This document shows positions 13,732 through 24,565 of a stretch of DNA of 64,000 bases, in pieces. The notes under the pieces are model-generated. The model was not told where the DNA came from, made no database searches, and saw only the letters and a list, made by a program, of their open reading frames with translations. The translations under genes and the position numbers were made by a program. The DNA is taken from contig NYVR01000091.1 of the NCBI GenBank assembly GCA_002684655.1, forward strand, positions 1,452 through 65,451, in the 5' to 3' direction. Origin of the DNA: Planctomycetota bacterium (GTDB lineage Bacteria; Planctomycetota; UBA1135; UBA2386). The number at the start of each line of letters is the position of its first letter. The stretch's first letter is position 1.

Positions 13732-16700
13732 ATGACAACCTACGCTCCCCGTCGTTCGCTCGCAGCGATGCTCGCCGTCTTCGCCGGCACCGCCGTCCTA
13801 ACAGCCCAGGGCACGCCCGTGGGCTTCGAGGAGACCTACGCGCTCGCGAAGGACCGCGCGGCTGTGGTCGCCAAACTGATCCCTGGCACCCCCGACTACT
13901 ACTACTACCACTGCCGCGAACGGCTCGACGCGCGCGACTTTCCGGCCGTCAAACAGACGCTCGCCACTTGGATCCAGCGACACGGTCGCACCGATCGCGT
14001 CGTCGAAATCGAAAATCGAGAGGCGCTGCTGAGCTACGACGAAGACCCATCGCGGACCTATGCTTTCCTCCGCGAGCGGCTCGGTCTGCGCTACGAACAC
14101 GCGCGCGTGATACCAGGGGCGCCAAGCGATCTGGCGTCGCGACTGGACCCGGCGCTGCTCGACCGCGCCACGCTCATCAAGCGCGCGCTGCGCGCCCGCA
14201 GCGGAACGGTTAAGGGGTTCCACCAACGCGCGCTCGCTGGCCTCGCGAACACAGAGCTGAATGAGTGGCAGCTACACAGTCTGCTCGACCTCCTCGAACG
14301 CCCCGACGTCACCAACCTCCCGGCGCTGATCGTCCGCGACTTAGGCAGCCGTGACAGCCGCGGCTTCGGATCACTCCGTATCCATAAAGAGCTGCGGCTC
14401 GAGCAGCTCGACCAATGCCTCGCGCTGCGCCCAAAACTGCTGCAAGACCAGCGGTTCGTCGACGCCTACCTCACCCGCCTACAACCAAACGCAGATGAGC
14501 AATGGCTCACGGACCCGCAGAATCGCCGAGCGCACCTACAGCGGCTCTGGACGTTCGCGCAGCGCCTCAGCCCGGCCTTCAACTCGCTCAAGGCGCACGT
14601 GCTCTTTCACTGGCTGCGTCACGATTTGACGCTAGGCGCGCCGGATAAGGAGCGCTTCCTCGCCTACATCCGCTTGCCGCGACGACGATTTTTCGTCAGC
14701 GAGACGCACCTCGACCGCTTCCCACGCACCGCTAATCACGTCGACCTGGACAAGCAGTTCCCGTCCAGGATGACGCCGATCAAGAACGACGCCCAGCTCG
14801 TCCGCGCTTGTCTCGAGCATTTTTTTCAGCGCGAAGACAACGTCACCGCTTACAGCGACTTCTTAGATCGACGATGGCTTGAGGGGGTCCTCGCGGAGAC
14901 CAAGCTGATGGCCGGTGAAGGCGATCAGGAGCGCTGGTATTCGCTGCTCGACGACCCCGGCCGCGTCGAGGAGCTCGAGCAACGCGTCGAGTTACGCTTC
15001 CCGACGGAGCTGAAGCGGATCTACGATGCAGATGACGCTGTCCAGCTAGCGCTCGACGTGAAGAACGTACCCGCCCTCGTCGTCAAGGTCTTCGAGATCG
15101 ACGCCTACCGGTACCACATCGAGCGACAAAAGCCTATCGACGCCAGCATCGACCTCGACGGCGTCGTCGCCAACTTTGAACAGACATACGCCTACGACGC
15201 GGCGCCCATACGACGCGTTCGGCGAACGTTCGACCTGCCCCTGCTGAGCGAACCAGGGACCTACGTCGTCGACTTCGTCGGCAACGGCATCTCAAGCCGG
15301 GCCGTCATCTACAAGGGCCAACTCCGAATGGTCGAACGCACGTCAGCGGCAGGGCAGATGGTCCGCATCTACGACGAGCGTGGCGCGCACGTCCCCGACG
15401 CTGTCGCCTGGTTCGGCGGGAAAGAATACGGCCCCGACGACCGCGGCGAGATCGTGATCCCGTTCTCGACGAACCCCGGCACGAAGCAGCTCGTCCTTCG
15501 CCACGGCGAGCGCTCATCGATCACCCCGTTCGAGCACCGCCGGGAGTCTTACGAACTCACCAGCCATCTACACATCGACCGAGAGTCTCTAATCGCCGGG
15601 AACACGGCCGAGCTCGTCGTGCGACCCGCGCTCGCGCTTGACGGCCACCGGGTCTCAATCGACCTGCTAGAGGACCCGCTGCTGACCATCGTCGCGACCG
15701 ACCTTGACGGCAAGTCGACGACCCAGGAGGTGCGCGACCTCAAGCTAGAGAACGGGCGCAGCTACATCCACAAGCTCCGCGTCCCGTTGCGCGTGAGCGG
15801 GCTGGAGGTCGCGTTGAGCGGGCGCGTCCAGAGCATGAACGACGGGGCCCAGCAACTCGTCGCGAGCGCCCGCAGCTTCCCGATCAACCTGATCGACGGC
15901 ACCGTTGAGACCGGGATCCCGATGCTCGTGCGGACGCCCGCCGGCTACGCGGTCGACCTACGCGGCAAGAGCGGCGAGCGACAGCCTGGCCGCGTCTGTC
16001 ACCTAGAGCTCCACCACCAAGACTACAAACAACCCATAGAGGTCACGCTTAAGACTGACGAGTCCGGCCGCATCGAGCTCGGGCGCCTCCCAGGTATCGA
16101 CCACGTCTACGTCTGGCGCGAGGGTGGATCCAAAGGGGGGTTCACGTTGAGCCAGGCGCGCGTCCAACTCCCGGACGCGATGCACGGCATCGCGGGGGAG
16201 ACGCTCCGCATCCCCTATCAGGGCTCGGCCACGACGCCGAGCCGCGACGATTTCTCCCTGTTGAGCTTCAGCCACGACGCGTTCGATCGACTCGCGATCA
16301 AGGATGGCTTCTTGGAGCTGCGAGACCTCGAACCGGGCGATTACCAGCTCAAGCTGCACGACACCGGCGAGAACATAACCGTACGAATTACGCGCGGAGA
16401 ACGGGACGGCCATTACTTGCTAGGACGCGCACGCGTCCTGACATCAACGAGGACGTCGCCGCTCCACGTCACGGAGGTAACCTGCGACGACGACGGGCTG
16501 CGGTTGCAGCTGGCCAACGCCACACCATCGACCCGTGTATACGTGGTCGCGACCCGCTACCTGCCGGCGTTCGATATGTTCGACGGGCTCCGCCTCGACG
16601 CAGGCGAGCGCGCGCACGCCTCACACATTCGCCACCGTGTCAGCACCTATGACGCCGGTCGCAAACTCAGCGACGAATACCGCTACGTCATGGAGCGGCG

Positions 16701-19700
16701 CTTCGCGCAGAAGTACGCCGGCAACATGCTTCGCAGACCGAGCCTGCTGCTCAATCCGCTCGCGCTGCCCGACGTCTCCTTTAACAACCCTGTCGGCCTC
16801 GGCGGCGGCGCAGGCGGCAGGTTCGCGGGTCGCACGGGCGATCGCAGAGGCGCGCGCGGCGCGCCTGCGCCGGTGAAACAGAACAAGCTAGGACCAAGCG
16901 CCGGCGCGCGCGCGAACCTCGACTTCTTGCCGCGCGGGTCCAAGCTGATCAGCAACTTGACCCCGAACGACCAAGGCACCGTGGTCGTATCCGCGGATGA
17001 GCTCGGGGAAGGCCAGCAGATCCACGTCTTGGCGATCGACGGCGCGCAAGCCGTCTACGACCTTACGACGCGCGCCGAACGACGGCTTGAGCCGCGATCA
17101 CGAACGTTGCCGACGGCGCTACCCGCCGATCAGAACTTGGTCGAAAAGCGGCGCATCGAGTTCATCGCTGCCGGCGACTCGGTCAGCATCGACACCACGA
17201 GCGCGCCCATGGTCGAGGTCTACGACACGCTCGCGAGCGCGTTCCGACTGTTCACGACGATCAGTCAGGACGAGGCTCTCCAGCAATTCGCGTTCGTGCT
17301 GGATTGGCCTGAGCTGTCCCGAGATCGAAAACTCGACCTCTACAGCGAACACGCCTGCCACGAGTTGCACTTCTTCCTCCACCAGAAAGACCCGGAGTTC
17401 TTCGCAGAGGTGATTCGGCCGTTCCTCGTCAACAAGCTCGACAAGACATTCCTAGACGAGTGGCTGCTGGGACGCGACCTGATCAGCTACCTGGACCCGA
17501 AGCGCTTCGCGCGACTGAACTTGGTGGAGAAGATCCTGCTCGCCCGACGCGTCGGCGGTAACGAACCCGCGGCCGTCGCGCGAACACTCCGCGAGTCACT
17601 AGAGGTGAACCCGGTGAGCGAGTCGAAGCTCAGCCGCCTCTTCGACGTAGCGCTGTTCAACTCGGCCTTGGAGAGCGCCCCGCCAGCCGGCCAACGAGAG
17701 GGCGCGTTCGACCCAAACTTATGGAACTCGGCGATCGGGAGTAGCGGCAGCGCGAGGTCCGCGGCGCCGAAGACCGATGGGCCGGCGACCGCTGGCCCTG
17801 CCGGACCGGACAGCCCGGCGGCCGAACGCAGCTTCTCCGACCCTGCGATGGACAGAGAGAAGCAGCAGCGCAAAAAGATCGCGAGCCTCTACAAAGAGGT
17901 GGGTCGGACGAGGCTGCTGGTCGAACACAACTACTGGCAACGCAGCATCGATAAGCCAACGGCGAACGTGATCAGCGCGAACCATTTCTGGGTCGACTTC
18001 GCGACGCAAACGCCCGGTACGCCGTTCATCTCCCCTGCGATCGCGCAGGCGAGCGGCAGCTTCGTCGAGATGATGTTCGCGCTCAGCGTGCTCGATCTGC
18101 CTTACGCCGCCGGCGAACACGGCGCGGAATCCGAGGACATGCGGCGCACGCTGACCGCGGCCACCCCGCTGCTGTTGGTCCGCAAGGAGACCGCCGCTGC
18201 TGCCGAGCGAGCCGACGGCGAGCCGCTCCTTCTCGGCCAAAACTTCTTCCGGTATGACGACCGGTACCGATGGGTCGACGGCCAGCGGCGTGATGCGTTC
18301 GTCAGTGACGAGTTCTTGGTCGGCGTCGTCTACGGCTGCCAGGTCGTCGTCACCAACCCGACGTCCGGTGCACGCGTCGTCGACGTCCTGCTGCAGGTTC
18401 CGGCCGGCGCCGTCCCCGTGAACCGCGGACTCTGGACGCGCGGCCAGCGCGTGACGCTCACGGCCTACGCGACGCAGACAGTGGAGTACGCTTTCTACTT
18501 CCCTACGACCGGCGTCTACGCTCAGTATCCGGCGCACGCGGCCGAACAAGGCGCGGTCGCCGCGGTAGCGGCGCCGCAGCGGTTTAACGTCGTCGCCGCG
18601 CCCAGCGAGATCGACACGTCGTCTTGGGAGCACGTCTCACAGCAGGGTTCGCCCGAACAGGTGTTGACGTTCCTCGACGCACAGAACATCCGCCGGCTGG
18701 ACCTGACGAAAATCTGTTGGCGCCTGCGAGACCCTGCCTTCTTCGAGGCGCTGCTGCCAAAGCTGCGAGCGCGGCACGCATTCGACAGCACTGTCTGGTC
18801 CTACGGCCTGCTGCACCGCGACCTGCAGTCGTCGCGGGAATACCTGCGCCATTGCGACAAGTTCCTGAACCAGTGTGGTCGCTGGATCGACACGCCGCTC
18901 GTGCAGATCGACGCCAAAGAGCGGCTGCAGTTTCAACACCTTGAGCTGAGCCCGCTCGTCCAGCAGCGCGCGCACCAGCTAGGCAGCCGCCGGACGTTCG
19001 GCAACAAAGACCTCGCGGAGCAATACAGCGCGCAGATGATCTCGCTGGGCTACCGTCCGCAGCTCCAAAGCAGGGACTGGCTCGCCGTCACCTACTATCT
19101 GCTGCTCCAAGACCGCGTCGAAGAGGCGCTCACGTCCTTCGACCGCGTCGATCCAGCCGCGCTCGAAGCCAAGGTTCAGTATGACTACCTCGCGGCATAT
19201 CTCTGCTTCTTCACAGGCGACGTACAGAAGGCGCGCCGTGTAGCGACAAAGCATCAGGACCACGTCGCGCGACACTGGCGAGCGCGATTCCGAGAAGTCC
19301 TCGCACAGCTGGACGAAGCCGAAGGGAACGCTCGGCAGCGCTCCGCGGAGCAAACCAACGACACTCTGACGGCGACCGCCCCTGCGCTGGAGGTGGCGAT
19401 CGAGGGGACGAGCGTGGCAATCAGCTACCAGAACGTCGACGCCGTGGACGTGCGCTACTACGAACTGGACGTCGAGTTCGCTTTCTCGACGCAGCCATTC
19501 GCCGGCCCCGAGGGCGCCTCGGCCGCGTTCGTGAAGCCCAAATACCGAGAACAGCGGACGCTCGACCGCGCCAAGAGCCAGTTGACCTACGAACTCCCGC
19601 AGGACTTCCTGCAGAAGAATATGTTGGTCGAAGTCCGCGCAGGCGGACTCGTGCGCTCTCGTCAGTACTTCGCGAACGCGCTCGACGTGCGGTTCCTTGA

Positions 19701-19953
19701 GTCCTACGGACAAGTCGCGGTCACCGACCCCACGTCTTCAAAGCCGCTGGCCAAGGCATACGTGAAGGTCTTCGCGCGCATGCCTGACGGCGCGGTTCGG
19801 TTTCATAAAGACGGCTACACCGATATCCGCGGTCGCTTCGACTACGTCAGCCTCTCGGACGACCCGAACCGCGGCGCGCAGCGCTACGCGGTGATGGTGT
19901 TGGACGAGGAGCGGGGCGCGGTCATCCGCGCGCTGAACCCGCCCGCGAGGTGA
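13732..19953 (+). CDS. Giant exported protein (2073 aa), helical N-terminus plus macroglobulin/Ig-like beta domains and a TPR-like segment
   Basis: Uninterrupted ORF with signal peptide (…AVLTAQ); beta-rich segments (YVVDFVGNG, VVVTNPTS..VLLQVPAG, YAFYFP); C-terminal YVKVF..FHKDGYTDIRGRFDY. Domain calls are inferred. Confidence 0.75.
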   Translation: MTTYAPRRSLAAMLAVFAGTAVLTAQGTPVGFEETYALAKDRAAVVAKLIPGTPDYYYYHCRERLDARDFPAVKQTLATWIQRHGRTDRVVEIENREALLSYDEDPSRTYAFLRERLGLRYEHARVIPGAPSDLASRLDPALLDRATLIKRALRARSGTVKGFHQRALAGLANTELNEWQLHSLLDLLERPDVTNLPALIVRDLGSRDSRGFGSLRIHKELRLEQLDQCLALRPKLLQDQRFVDAYLTRLQPNADEQWLTDPQNRRAHLQRLWTFAQRLSPAFNSLKAHVLFHWLRHDLTLGAPDKERFLAYIRLPRRRFFVSETHLDRFPRTANHVDLDKQFPSRMTPIKNDAQLVRACLEHFFQREDNVTAYSDFLDRRWLEGVLAETKLMAGEGDQERWYSLLDDPGRVEELEQRVELRFPTELKRIYDADDAVQLALDVKNVPALVVKVFEIDAYRYHIERQKPIDASIDLDGVVANFEQTYAYDAAPIRRVRRTFDLPLLSEPGTYVVDFVGNGISSRAVIYKGQLRMVERTSAAGQMVRIYDERGAHVPDAVAWFGGKEYGPDDRGEIVIPFSTNPGTKQLVLRHGERSSITPFEHRRESYELTSHLHIDRESLIAGNTAELVVRPALALDGHRVSIDLLEDPLLTIVATDLDGKSTTQEVRDLKLENGRSYIHKLRVPLRVSGLEVALSGRVQSMNDGAQQLVASARSFPINLIDGTVETGIPMLVRTPAGYAVDLRGKSGERQPGRVCHLELHHQDYKQPIEVTLKTDESGRIELGRLPGIDHVYVWREGGSKGGFTLSQARVQLPDAMHGIAGETLRIPYQGSATTPSRDDFSLLSFSHDAFDRLAIKDGFLELRDLEPGDYQLKLHDTGENITVRITRGERDGHYLLGRARVLTSTRTSPLHVTEVTCDDDGLRLQLANATPSTRVYVVATRYLPAFDMFDGLRLDAGERAHASHIRHRVSTYDAGRKLSDEYRYVMERRFAQKYAGNMLRRPSLLLNPLALPDVSFNNPVGLGGGAGGRFAGRTGDRRGARGAPAPVKQNKLGPSAGARANLDFLPRGSKLISNLTPNDQGTVVVSADELGEGQQIHVLAIDGAQAVYDLTTRAERRLEPRSRTLPTALPADQNLVEKRRIEFIAAGDSVSIDTTSAPMVEVYDTLASAFRLFTTISQDEALQQFAFVLDWPELSRDRKLDLYSEHACHELHFFLHQKDPEFFAEVIRPFLVNKLDKTFLDEWLLGRDLISYLDPKRFARLNLVEKILLARRVGGNEPAAVARTLRESLEVNPVSESKLSRLFDVALFNSALESAPPAGQREGAFDPNLWNSAIGSSGSARSAAPKTDGPATAGPAGPDSPAAERSFSDPAMDREKQQRKKIASLYKEVGRTRLLVEHNYWQRSIDKPTANVISANHFWVDFATQTPGTPFISPAIAQASGSFVEMMFALSVLDLPYAAGEHGAESEDMRRTLTAATPLLLVRKETAAAAERADGEPLLLGQNFFRYDDRYRWVDGQRRDAFVSDEFLVGVVYGCQVVVTNPTSGARVVDVLLQVPAGAVPVNRGLWTRGQRVTLTAYATQTVEYAFYFPTTGVYAQYPAHAAEQGAVAAVAAPQRFNVVAAPSEIDTSSWEHVSQQGSPEQVLTFLDAQNIRRLDLTKICWRLRDPAFFEALLPKLRARHAFDSTVWSYGLLHRDLQSSREYLRHCDKFLNQCGRWIDTPLVQIDAKERLQFQHLELSPLVQQRAHQLGSRRTFGNKDLAEQYSAQMISLGYRPQLQSRDWLAVTYYLLLQDRVEEALTSFDRVDPAALEAKVQYDYLAAYLCFFTGDVQKARRVATKHQDHVARHWRARFREVLAQLDEAEGNARQRSAEQTNDTLTATAPALEVAIEGTSVAISYQNVDAVDVRYYELDVEFAFSTQPFAGPEGASAAFVKPKYREQRTLDRAKSQLTYELPQDFLQKNMLVEVRAGGLVRSRQYFANALDVRFLESYGQVAVTDPTSSKPLAKAYVKVFARMPDGAVRFHKDGYTDIRGRFDYVSLSDDPNRGAQRYAVMVLDEERGAVIRALNPPAR

Positions 19954-20049
19954 GCCCCGCCGCATCGCGACGCGCTGCCTCGACCAAGACAAACGCGGCC
20001 GGTGCGCTGGCCGCGTGGCAGACGCGACGCGCAAAGGGCGAAGCGCGCG

Positions 20050-20763
20050 CTAGGAGCCGCCGCGGCCGAACTTTGGCCCGCCGCCAGCGCCGTTGCTGGG
20101 TTTGCCCTTCGACTTGCTCTTACTAATACGAGGCCGACCGGCCTTGTTACCGCTGTTGCAACCTGCTCATTCGCTGGGCAACGGCAAGCCTTGCAGATCC
20201 TCCATCTCCATACGCGCGAGGCGGACAGCTGCCTCAAGGTCCTCGCGGTGCAGCGTCTTCTCGGCTTCGTTAGGAGCCTGCTCGGCGAGCCATCGCCAGT
20301 TCTGCCTCGCAGCCTCGATTTCAGGCTCCCAGACTTTTCGGTCGAGGCCCTCGAGGCGCATCAGCCAGGTCTTGAGGAACTGCGCGCGCGCCAGCGCCTG
20401 CCGGGCTTCGCGCAACAAGGTGTCATCAGCGTCCGGCGCAGCCTGCATCGCCTCCACCAGGCTGGCGAGCTCGTCGCGGGCCTCGATGAGCCCTTGCGAC
20501 TGCATGCGGGCCTTGTTGAGCTCGATCACGAGCCGGTGACCGACACGCTCGTCGTATGCATCCGGGTCTGCCGGCAGCGCCTCGAGCGCCGCCTGATACT
20601 CGCGGATCGCGAGCTCCCAGTCGCCTGCTTCCGCCGCCTCGTAGGCCGTCGCCGCGACCGCGCCCGCGGCCTCGAGGGCAACCTGATCCTGGCCCGGGCC
20701 TTCGTGATAGGCCCACGCTCCGACTGGGAGCACGAGCCAACCGATCAGCAGGATGTTTCGCAT
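20050..20763 (-). CDS. Membrane-anchored helical/TPR-like protein of the MoxR-VWA operon; candidate selenoprotein (UGA at 20167-20169, E-U-A-G-C)
   Basis: The ORF track stops at 20167 (198 aa). Reading through TGA gives PSE-U-AGCNSGNKAGRPRISKSKSKGKPSNGAGGGPKFGRGGS and TAG at 20050-20052. The 198-aa part is secure; the extension is inferred. Confidence 0.65.
20131..20144 (-). promoter_or_regulatory. Candidate SECIS-like hairpin
   Basis: AGGCC-GGUC-GGCCU hairpin starting 22 nt after the UGA at 20167-20169; only 5 bp. Confidence 0.35.
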
Positions 20764-20950
20764 GATGTGATGCTTGCTGGCCGACTGTCGACCGCAGCAG
20801 ACAGCTTATCGGCGACGACGGCTGCCAGGGGCCAGGACGCCAGAAAACTTCGCTGGGCCGGGCCGATCGCGCACTTAAAGCCCTTTTTTCGATCAGATAA
20901 AGACACCGGCAGCACCTGCGCCGACGCGCGCGCAGGGCGAGCCCGAGCGG

Positions 20951-21940
20951 CTATCCATCAGCCCGCGGAGCGACCGCGCCAGGTCGCCAAGTCGTCCCGA
21001 AGTAATGGAGCAAGATCGGCAGCAAGGTCAGCACCAAGGAGGCGACCAGCACGGAGAACAAGGCGTATTCCCGCATGCTCAGCTGCTCCAACAGTGGCTT
21101 GCGAGAGTCCCGCGCCGCTGCGCTGAGGATGTCGCTGGGGACCTGTCGCCGGTTGCCGTTGTGAAACTCTCCGCCGGCGCGGATAGCGAGCTGCCGCAGC
21201 GTGCTCTCATCTTGGCGAGACTGCTGACCACCGATGAAGCTCCCGGAGAGGTGGTCGCCGACGCCGATCACCAGCGTACCGCCGATGGACGGGGGCAGCG
21301 TGGGCATACCTGTCGAAGGTACTGTGTCTCCGTCGCTGACGATCACCATGAGCGCGCTGTTGACGCGCCATCGACGCGCGATGTCGCAGGCGACCTGGAT
21401 GCCGTCGAACAGCTTGGTCTTGCCGACCTTGAACGCATACTGGAGATCGACCTCCGTGAGCATGTGCCTCACGACCTCGATGTCCTTCGTATCAGTCACG
21501 ACCGGCTTGGCGCCGTTGTAGGTCGCGATGACGGACACCTTGTATTGACCGATCTTGACCCGCTCGAACATGGAGTCGATCAATTCACGGGCGCGCTCGT
21601 GCCGGCTCTGATCGCCGCTCGCACCCGCGTCCTCCAGCAGCATGCTGGGCGATACGTCATAGATGAGCAGTAGGTGACGCCAATCTTCGTCCGGAATCTC
21701 CTCGCCTGCGTGGACCTTCGGCTCGACAAACATCAGCGCCGTCAGCCCCCACGCCAGCGCGCTGCTAGCCAAGATCCGGGCGAGCGGCGCGCCCTTTGCC
21801 CACGCTGCCGGTGTCCCTGTTGGCCCAAAGACCAAGTGTCGAAGCCTGTGCACGCGACGCGCGTGCGACACCTCGCCGACCAGCGTGAGCGCGAAGACCG
21901 CGAGCGCGACGTAAAGGGCTACCAAGGCGTGTGCCTCCAC
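20951..21940 (-). CDS. VWA domain membrane protein (BatB-like)
   Basis: N-terminal TM segments, MIDAS-like DVSPS, IVSDGD, C-terminal TM. Start is GTG 21940 or TTG 21925, overlapping the upstream stop. Confidence 0.85.
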   Translation of the reverse strand: MEAHALVALYVALAVFALTLVGEVSHARRVHRLRHLVFGPTGTPAAWAKGAPLARILASSALAWGLTALMFVEPKVHAGEEIPDEDWRHLLLIYDVSPSMLLEDAGASGDQSRHERARELIDSMFERVKIGQYKVSVIATYNGAKPVVTDTKDIEVVRHMLTEVDLQYAFKVGKTKLFDGIQVACDIARRWRVNSALMVIVSDGDTVPSTGMPTLPPSIGGTLVIGVGDHLSGSFIGGQQSRQDESTLRQLAIRAGGEFHNGNRRQVPSDILSAAARDSRKPLLEQLSMREYALFSVLVASLVLTLLPILLHYFGTTWRPGAVAPRADG

Positions 21941-22839
21941 CCCAACAAAAACAGTCCCAGCAGGCCGAGCGCGCTCAGTCCAGCGATAGAGAACGGGAAG
22001 AACCAATCAACCAGCTCAGACGTCCCCTGCTCCATCTCCGCCTTGGTCATCTCGTCAATCTGGGTAAAGACGCTGCTCAACGCGTCCGAGTCTCCGGGGT
22101 TAAAGACCTCACCACCGGTTGTCCGTGCCAGATTCACGATCGGGCCAGGCGCCTCAGACTCCTGGATGTTGACGGCGAACAGCTTGATCGCGTCCTTACG
22201 AAGACGCTTCGCGATCACCATCTCTGCGCCGTTCGAGAGGTCGCTGCTGAACCCGTCCGTGATCAGGATCATCATCCGGTCGCCGTCGCTGCGCGAGGTC
22301 AGCACCTCGCGGGCGCCGAGCACTGCCTTGCCGATCTCGGTGCCGCCGAATCCTGGCGGCGCGTTTTCTGGCCGCATGAAGGGGATCGAGTTACGGAACG
22401 CAGACGGATCGCTGGTCAACGGCACCCAGTGAAGATAGTTGTTGCCGAAAAACGTCAGACCAAACGAATCACCGTCGCGGAAGTCGAGGAACTCGTTGAT
22501 CGCAGCCATTGAGGCGTCGTAGCGGGATCCTCCGCCGAACGACGCGGTCATCGAGCCAGAGATGTCGACGAGGAATTGGATGTTGGTCAAGGCCCGCTTT
22601 TGCCGCGGGGCGGCCAGCTCCTGTGGTAGCGCTAGGAGCATGACGGCCACTGCGAGCAACAGCCCGGGTAAGGACTCGCCGAACGCCAGCAGCGCGCGCA
22701 TCAGCCCGCCGCTGCCGAGGCGGCGGCGCCCGTCCGAATCGAACGGCATCGCGACGCGTCCGCCGCGACGCGTCCACACCCAATAGACATGCAGGACAGG
22801 CAGCGCCAACAGCAACAGCAACCACGGACGCCCGAACAT
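21919..22839 (-). CDS. VWA domain membrane protein (BatA-like)
   Basis: MFGRPWLLLLL BatA-type N-terminus, MIDAS DISGS, GGTEIG, LITDG, C-terminal TM. Confidence 0.88.
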   Translation of the reverse strand: MFGRPWLLLLLALPVLHVYWVWTRRGGRVAMPFDSDGRRRLGSGGLMRALLAFGESLPGLLLAVAVMLLALPQELAAPRQKRALTNIQFLVDISGSMTASFGGGSRYDASMAAINEFLDFRDGDSFGLTFFGNNYLHWVPLTSDPSAFRNSIPFMRPENAPPGFGGTEIGKAVLGAREVLTSRSDGDRMMILITDGFSSDLSNGAEMVIAKRLRKDAIKLFAVNIQESEAPGPIVNLARTTGGEVFNPGDSDALSSVFTQIDEMTKAEMEQGTSELVDWFFPFSIAGLSALGLLGLFLLGWRHTPW

Positions 22840-23651
22840 CAGCGCGCCTCCGGCTGCAGTTGGTCCGCCGTAACAGATCGATACGGCGCCAGCAGCTCGC
22901 CGACGTCGACGCCGTCCGGCGGGTTCGGCGCGTGCAGCCACTCCTCGACGTGGCGCAACAGCGCGCCAGCTCGGTCGTCTGCTCGAATCGCCATAACGGC
23001 GTCGGCGACCTTCATGTCGCCAAGATCCAACCGCGCTCGCCAGAACGCGACCAGCAAGCGCTCCAGCTCAGCCTTCTCGCGCTCCTCCGCGTCGCCTCGA
23101 CCCACTCGCTCGACCAGCGGCCGCAGACGATCTGCGAGCGTTGGTTCGGCTGCGGCGACGACAGCCGCAGGTTTCCGCGGGCGCCCGAGAAACAGGATCG
23201 CGAAGAGCCCGATCGCCCACAAGGCGACGACGCTGACCTGCAGCTGCGAATAGCCGCCGAGCGATTCGCCAGGGTTCGCCGCCAGCGCGCTCGGCTCGAA
23301 CATGTTTTCCGGCAGGACACTCACGACCTCGACATTGAGCGCAGGGAGATCGTCGGTCGTCGACCCGTCCTCCCTCGCGAGATAATCCGTCAGGTCGTAG
23401 GTGCCGGCCTCGAAGCCGACCCACTCAAGGTCGTATCGCAGGTGCTCACCGTGGGGCCACGCCTTTACGACCCTGACCATCACCGGCGACTTGGACGTGC
23501 TCGCCACGGGCGCCAACGCGGTACCGGCGAGCACGACCTGATCGACGTAGGCGCGCATACCCACCGTCGCCTCGCGCACGTCGCGCTGCTGAGCAGCAGC
23601 CCAGCCGACGCACAAGAGCGCAGCAGACAGCAGCTTCGCGGCTCGGTTCAT
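22839..23651 (-). CDS. Exported single-pass membrane protein of the MoxR operon (BatD-like/hypothetical)
   Basis: Signal peptide, beta domain, TM (VVALWAIGLFAILFL), helical tail; overlaps both neighbours. Confidence 0.75.
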   Translation of the reverse strand: MNRAAKLLSAALLCVGWAAAQQRDVREATVGMRAYVDQVVLAGTALAPVASTSKSPVMVRVVKAWPHGEHLRYDLEWVGFEAGTYDLTDYLAREDGSTTDDLPALNVEVVSVLPENMFEPSALAANPGESLGGYSQLQVSVVALWAIGLFAILFLGRPRKPAAVVAAAEPTLADRLRPLVERVGRGDAEEREKAELERLLVAFWRARLDLGDMKVADAVMAIRADDRAGALLRHVEEWLHAPNPPDGVDVGELLAPYRSVTADQLQPEAR

Positions 23652-24565
23652 CTGCCACCCCCTGACACTCCGCGCGACCGGAAGAAGTGCCGCAGCTTAT
23701 GCAGGTATGGCTCGTCAGTGCGAAGGACGAGGTGATCGACGCCGCCCCTGCGCAGCGCTGACGCAATGCGCTGCTGGTCGACCATCTGGCTGCGCGCCCG
23801 CGCCGTGAACACGCGGCCGGTCTCTGCCTCGCGCGCGCGGACGAACCCGCCTGCCGGCAGGCACACCTCTGCGGGGTCCTGCACCTGGATCACGGCGACC
23901 TCGTGCTCCTGCGCTAACAGCGCCGCGGCGTGCGCGACGCCCGCCTCGTGGAGGTCGCTCACCAGCACGATGATTGAGCGGCTCTGCAGCGTCGGACGGA
24001 GCTCGCGAATTCTTCGCGTCACCATCGTCTCTTCGTCGAAGGCGTGTCGACGCAAACGGAGGAGCCACTGCATAACCTGGTCTTTGGCGAGGCTCGGTTG
24101 GATACGCACGTCTCGTCGCCCGCAGCCGAGCACGCCGACCGGGCTAGTACGGTCCAGGCAAGCGAGCGCTAGTCCGCCCGCCACTTGCAGCGCGACCTCA
24201 TACTTGCTGCGCTCGGTCGAGGACACGACCATCGAGGCAGACGTGTCGAGCAAGAACCACGCGGGAATCCGGCGCTGGGCCTCGTATTCTTTGATGTGGT
24301 GTTTGTTGGTGCGCGCCGTCACGCGCCAGTCCATCGCCTTGACCGGATCTCCTGGCAGGTATTGGCGTGACTGCACGTAGTCGATACCCGACCCGAGGAA
24401 GCGCGACCCGTCGAGGCCATAGCTTAAGTCATTCGCTAAACGCCGGATCGCGATGACAAACTTACGCGCTGCCGACGGCTGCACCTCCGGCAGCATCCCA
24501 GGCAGCTCGGCTTCTCGCTCACGGACGCTGCGTCGCGCTCGATCTGTCGATTGCGGACCGCTCAT
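23648..24565 (-). CDS. DUF58 domain protein
   Basis: GSGIDYVQSRQYLPGDPVKAMDWRVTAR, LLDTSASM, VSD; directly follows moxR. Confidence 0.92.
   Translation of the reverse strand: MSGPQSTDRARRSVREREAELPGMLPEVQPSAARKFVIAIRRLANDLSYGLDGSRFLGSGIDYVQSRQYLPGDPVKAMDWRVTARTNKHHIKEYEAQRRIPAWFLLDTSASMVVSSTERSKYEVALQVAGGLALACLDRTSPVGVLGCGRRDVRIQPSLAKDQVMQWLLRLRRHAFDEETMVTRRIRELRPTLQSRSIIVLVSDLHEAGVAHAAALLAQEHEVAVIQVQDPAEVCLPAGGFVRAREAETGRVFTARARSQMVDQQRIASALRRGGVDHLVLRTDEPYLHKLRHFFRSRGVSGGGR

Noticed and set aside
13732-19953. Calling the giant protein a bona fide alpha-2-macroglobulin
   Set aside because: No CxEQ thioester motif found and no adjacent pbpC; the similarity is only an impression of domain pattern.
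20002-21126. 374-aa plus-strand ORF
   Set aside because: Antisense to the helical/UxxC gene and the VWA gene; composition is typical of a high-GC shadow ORF.
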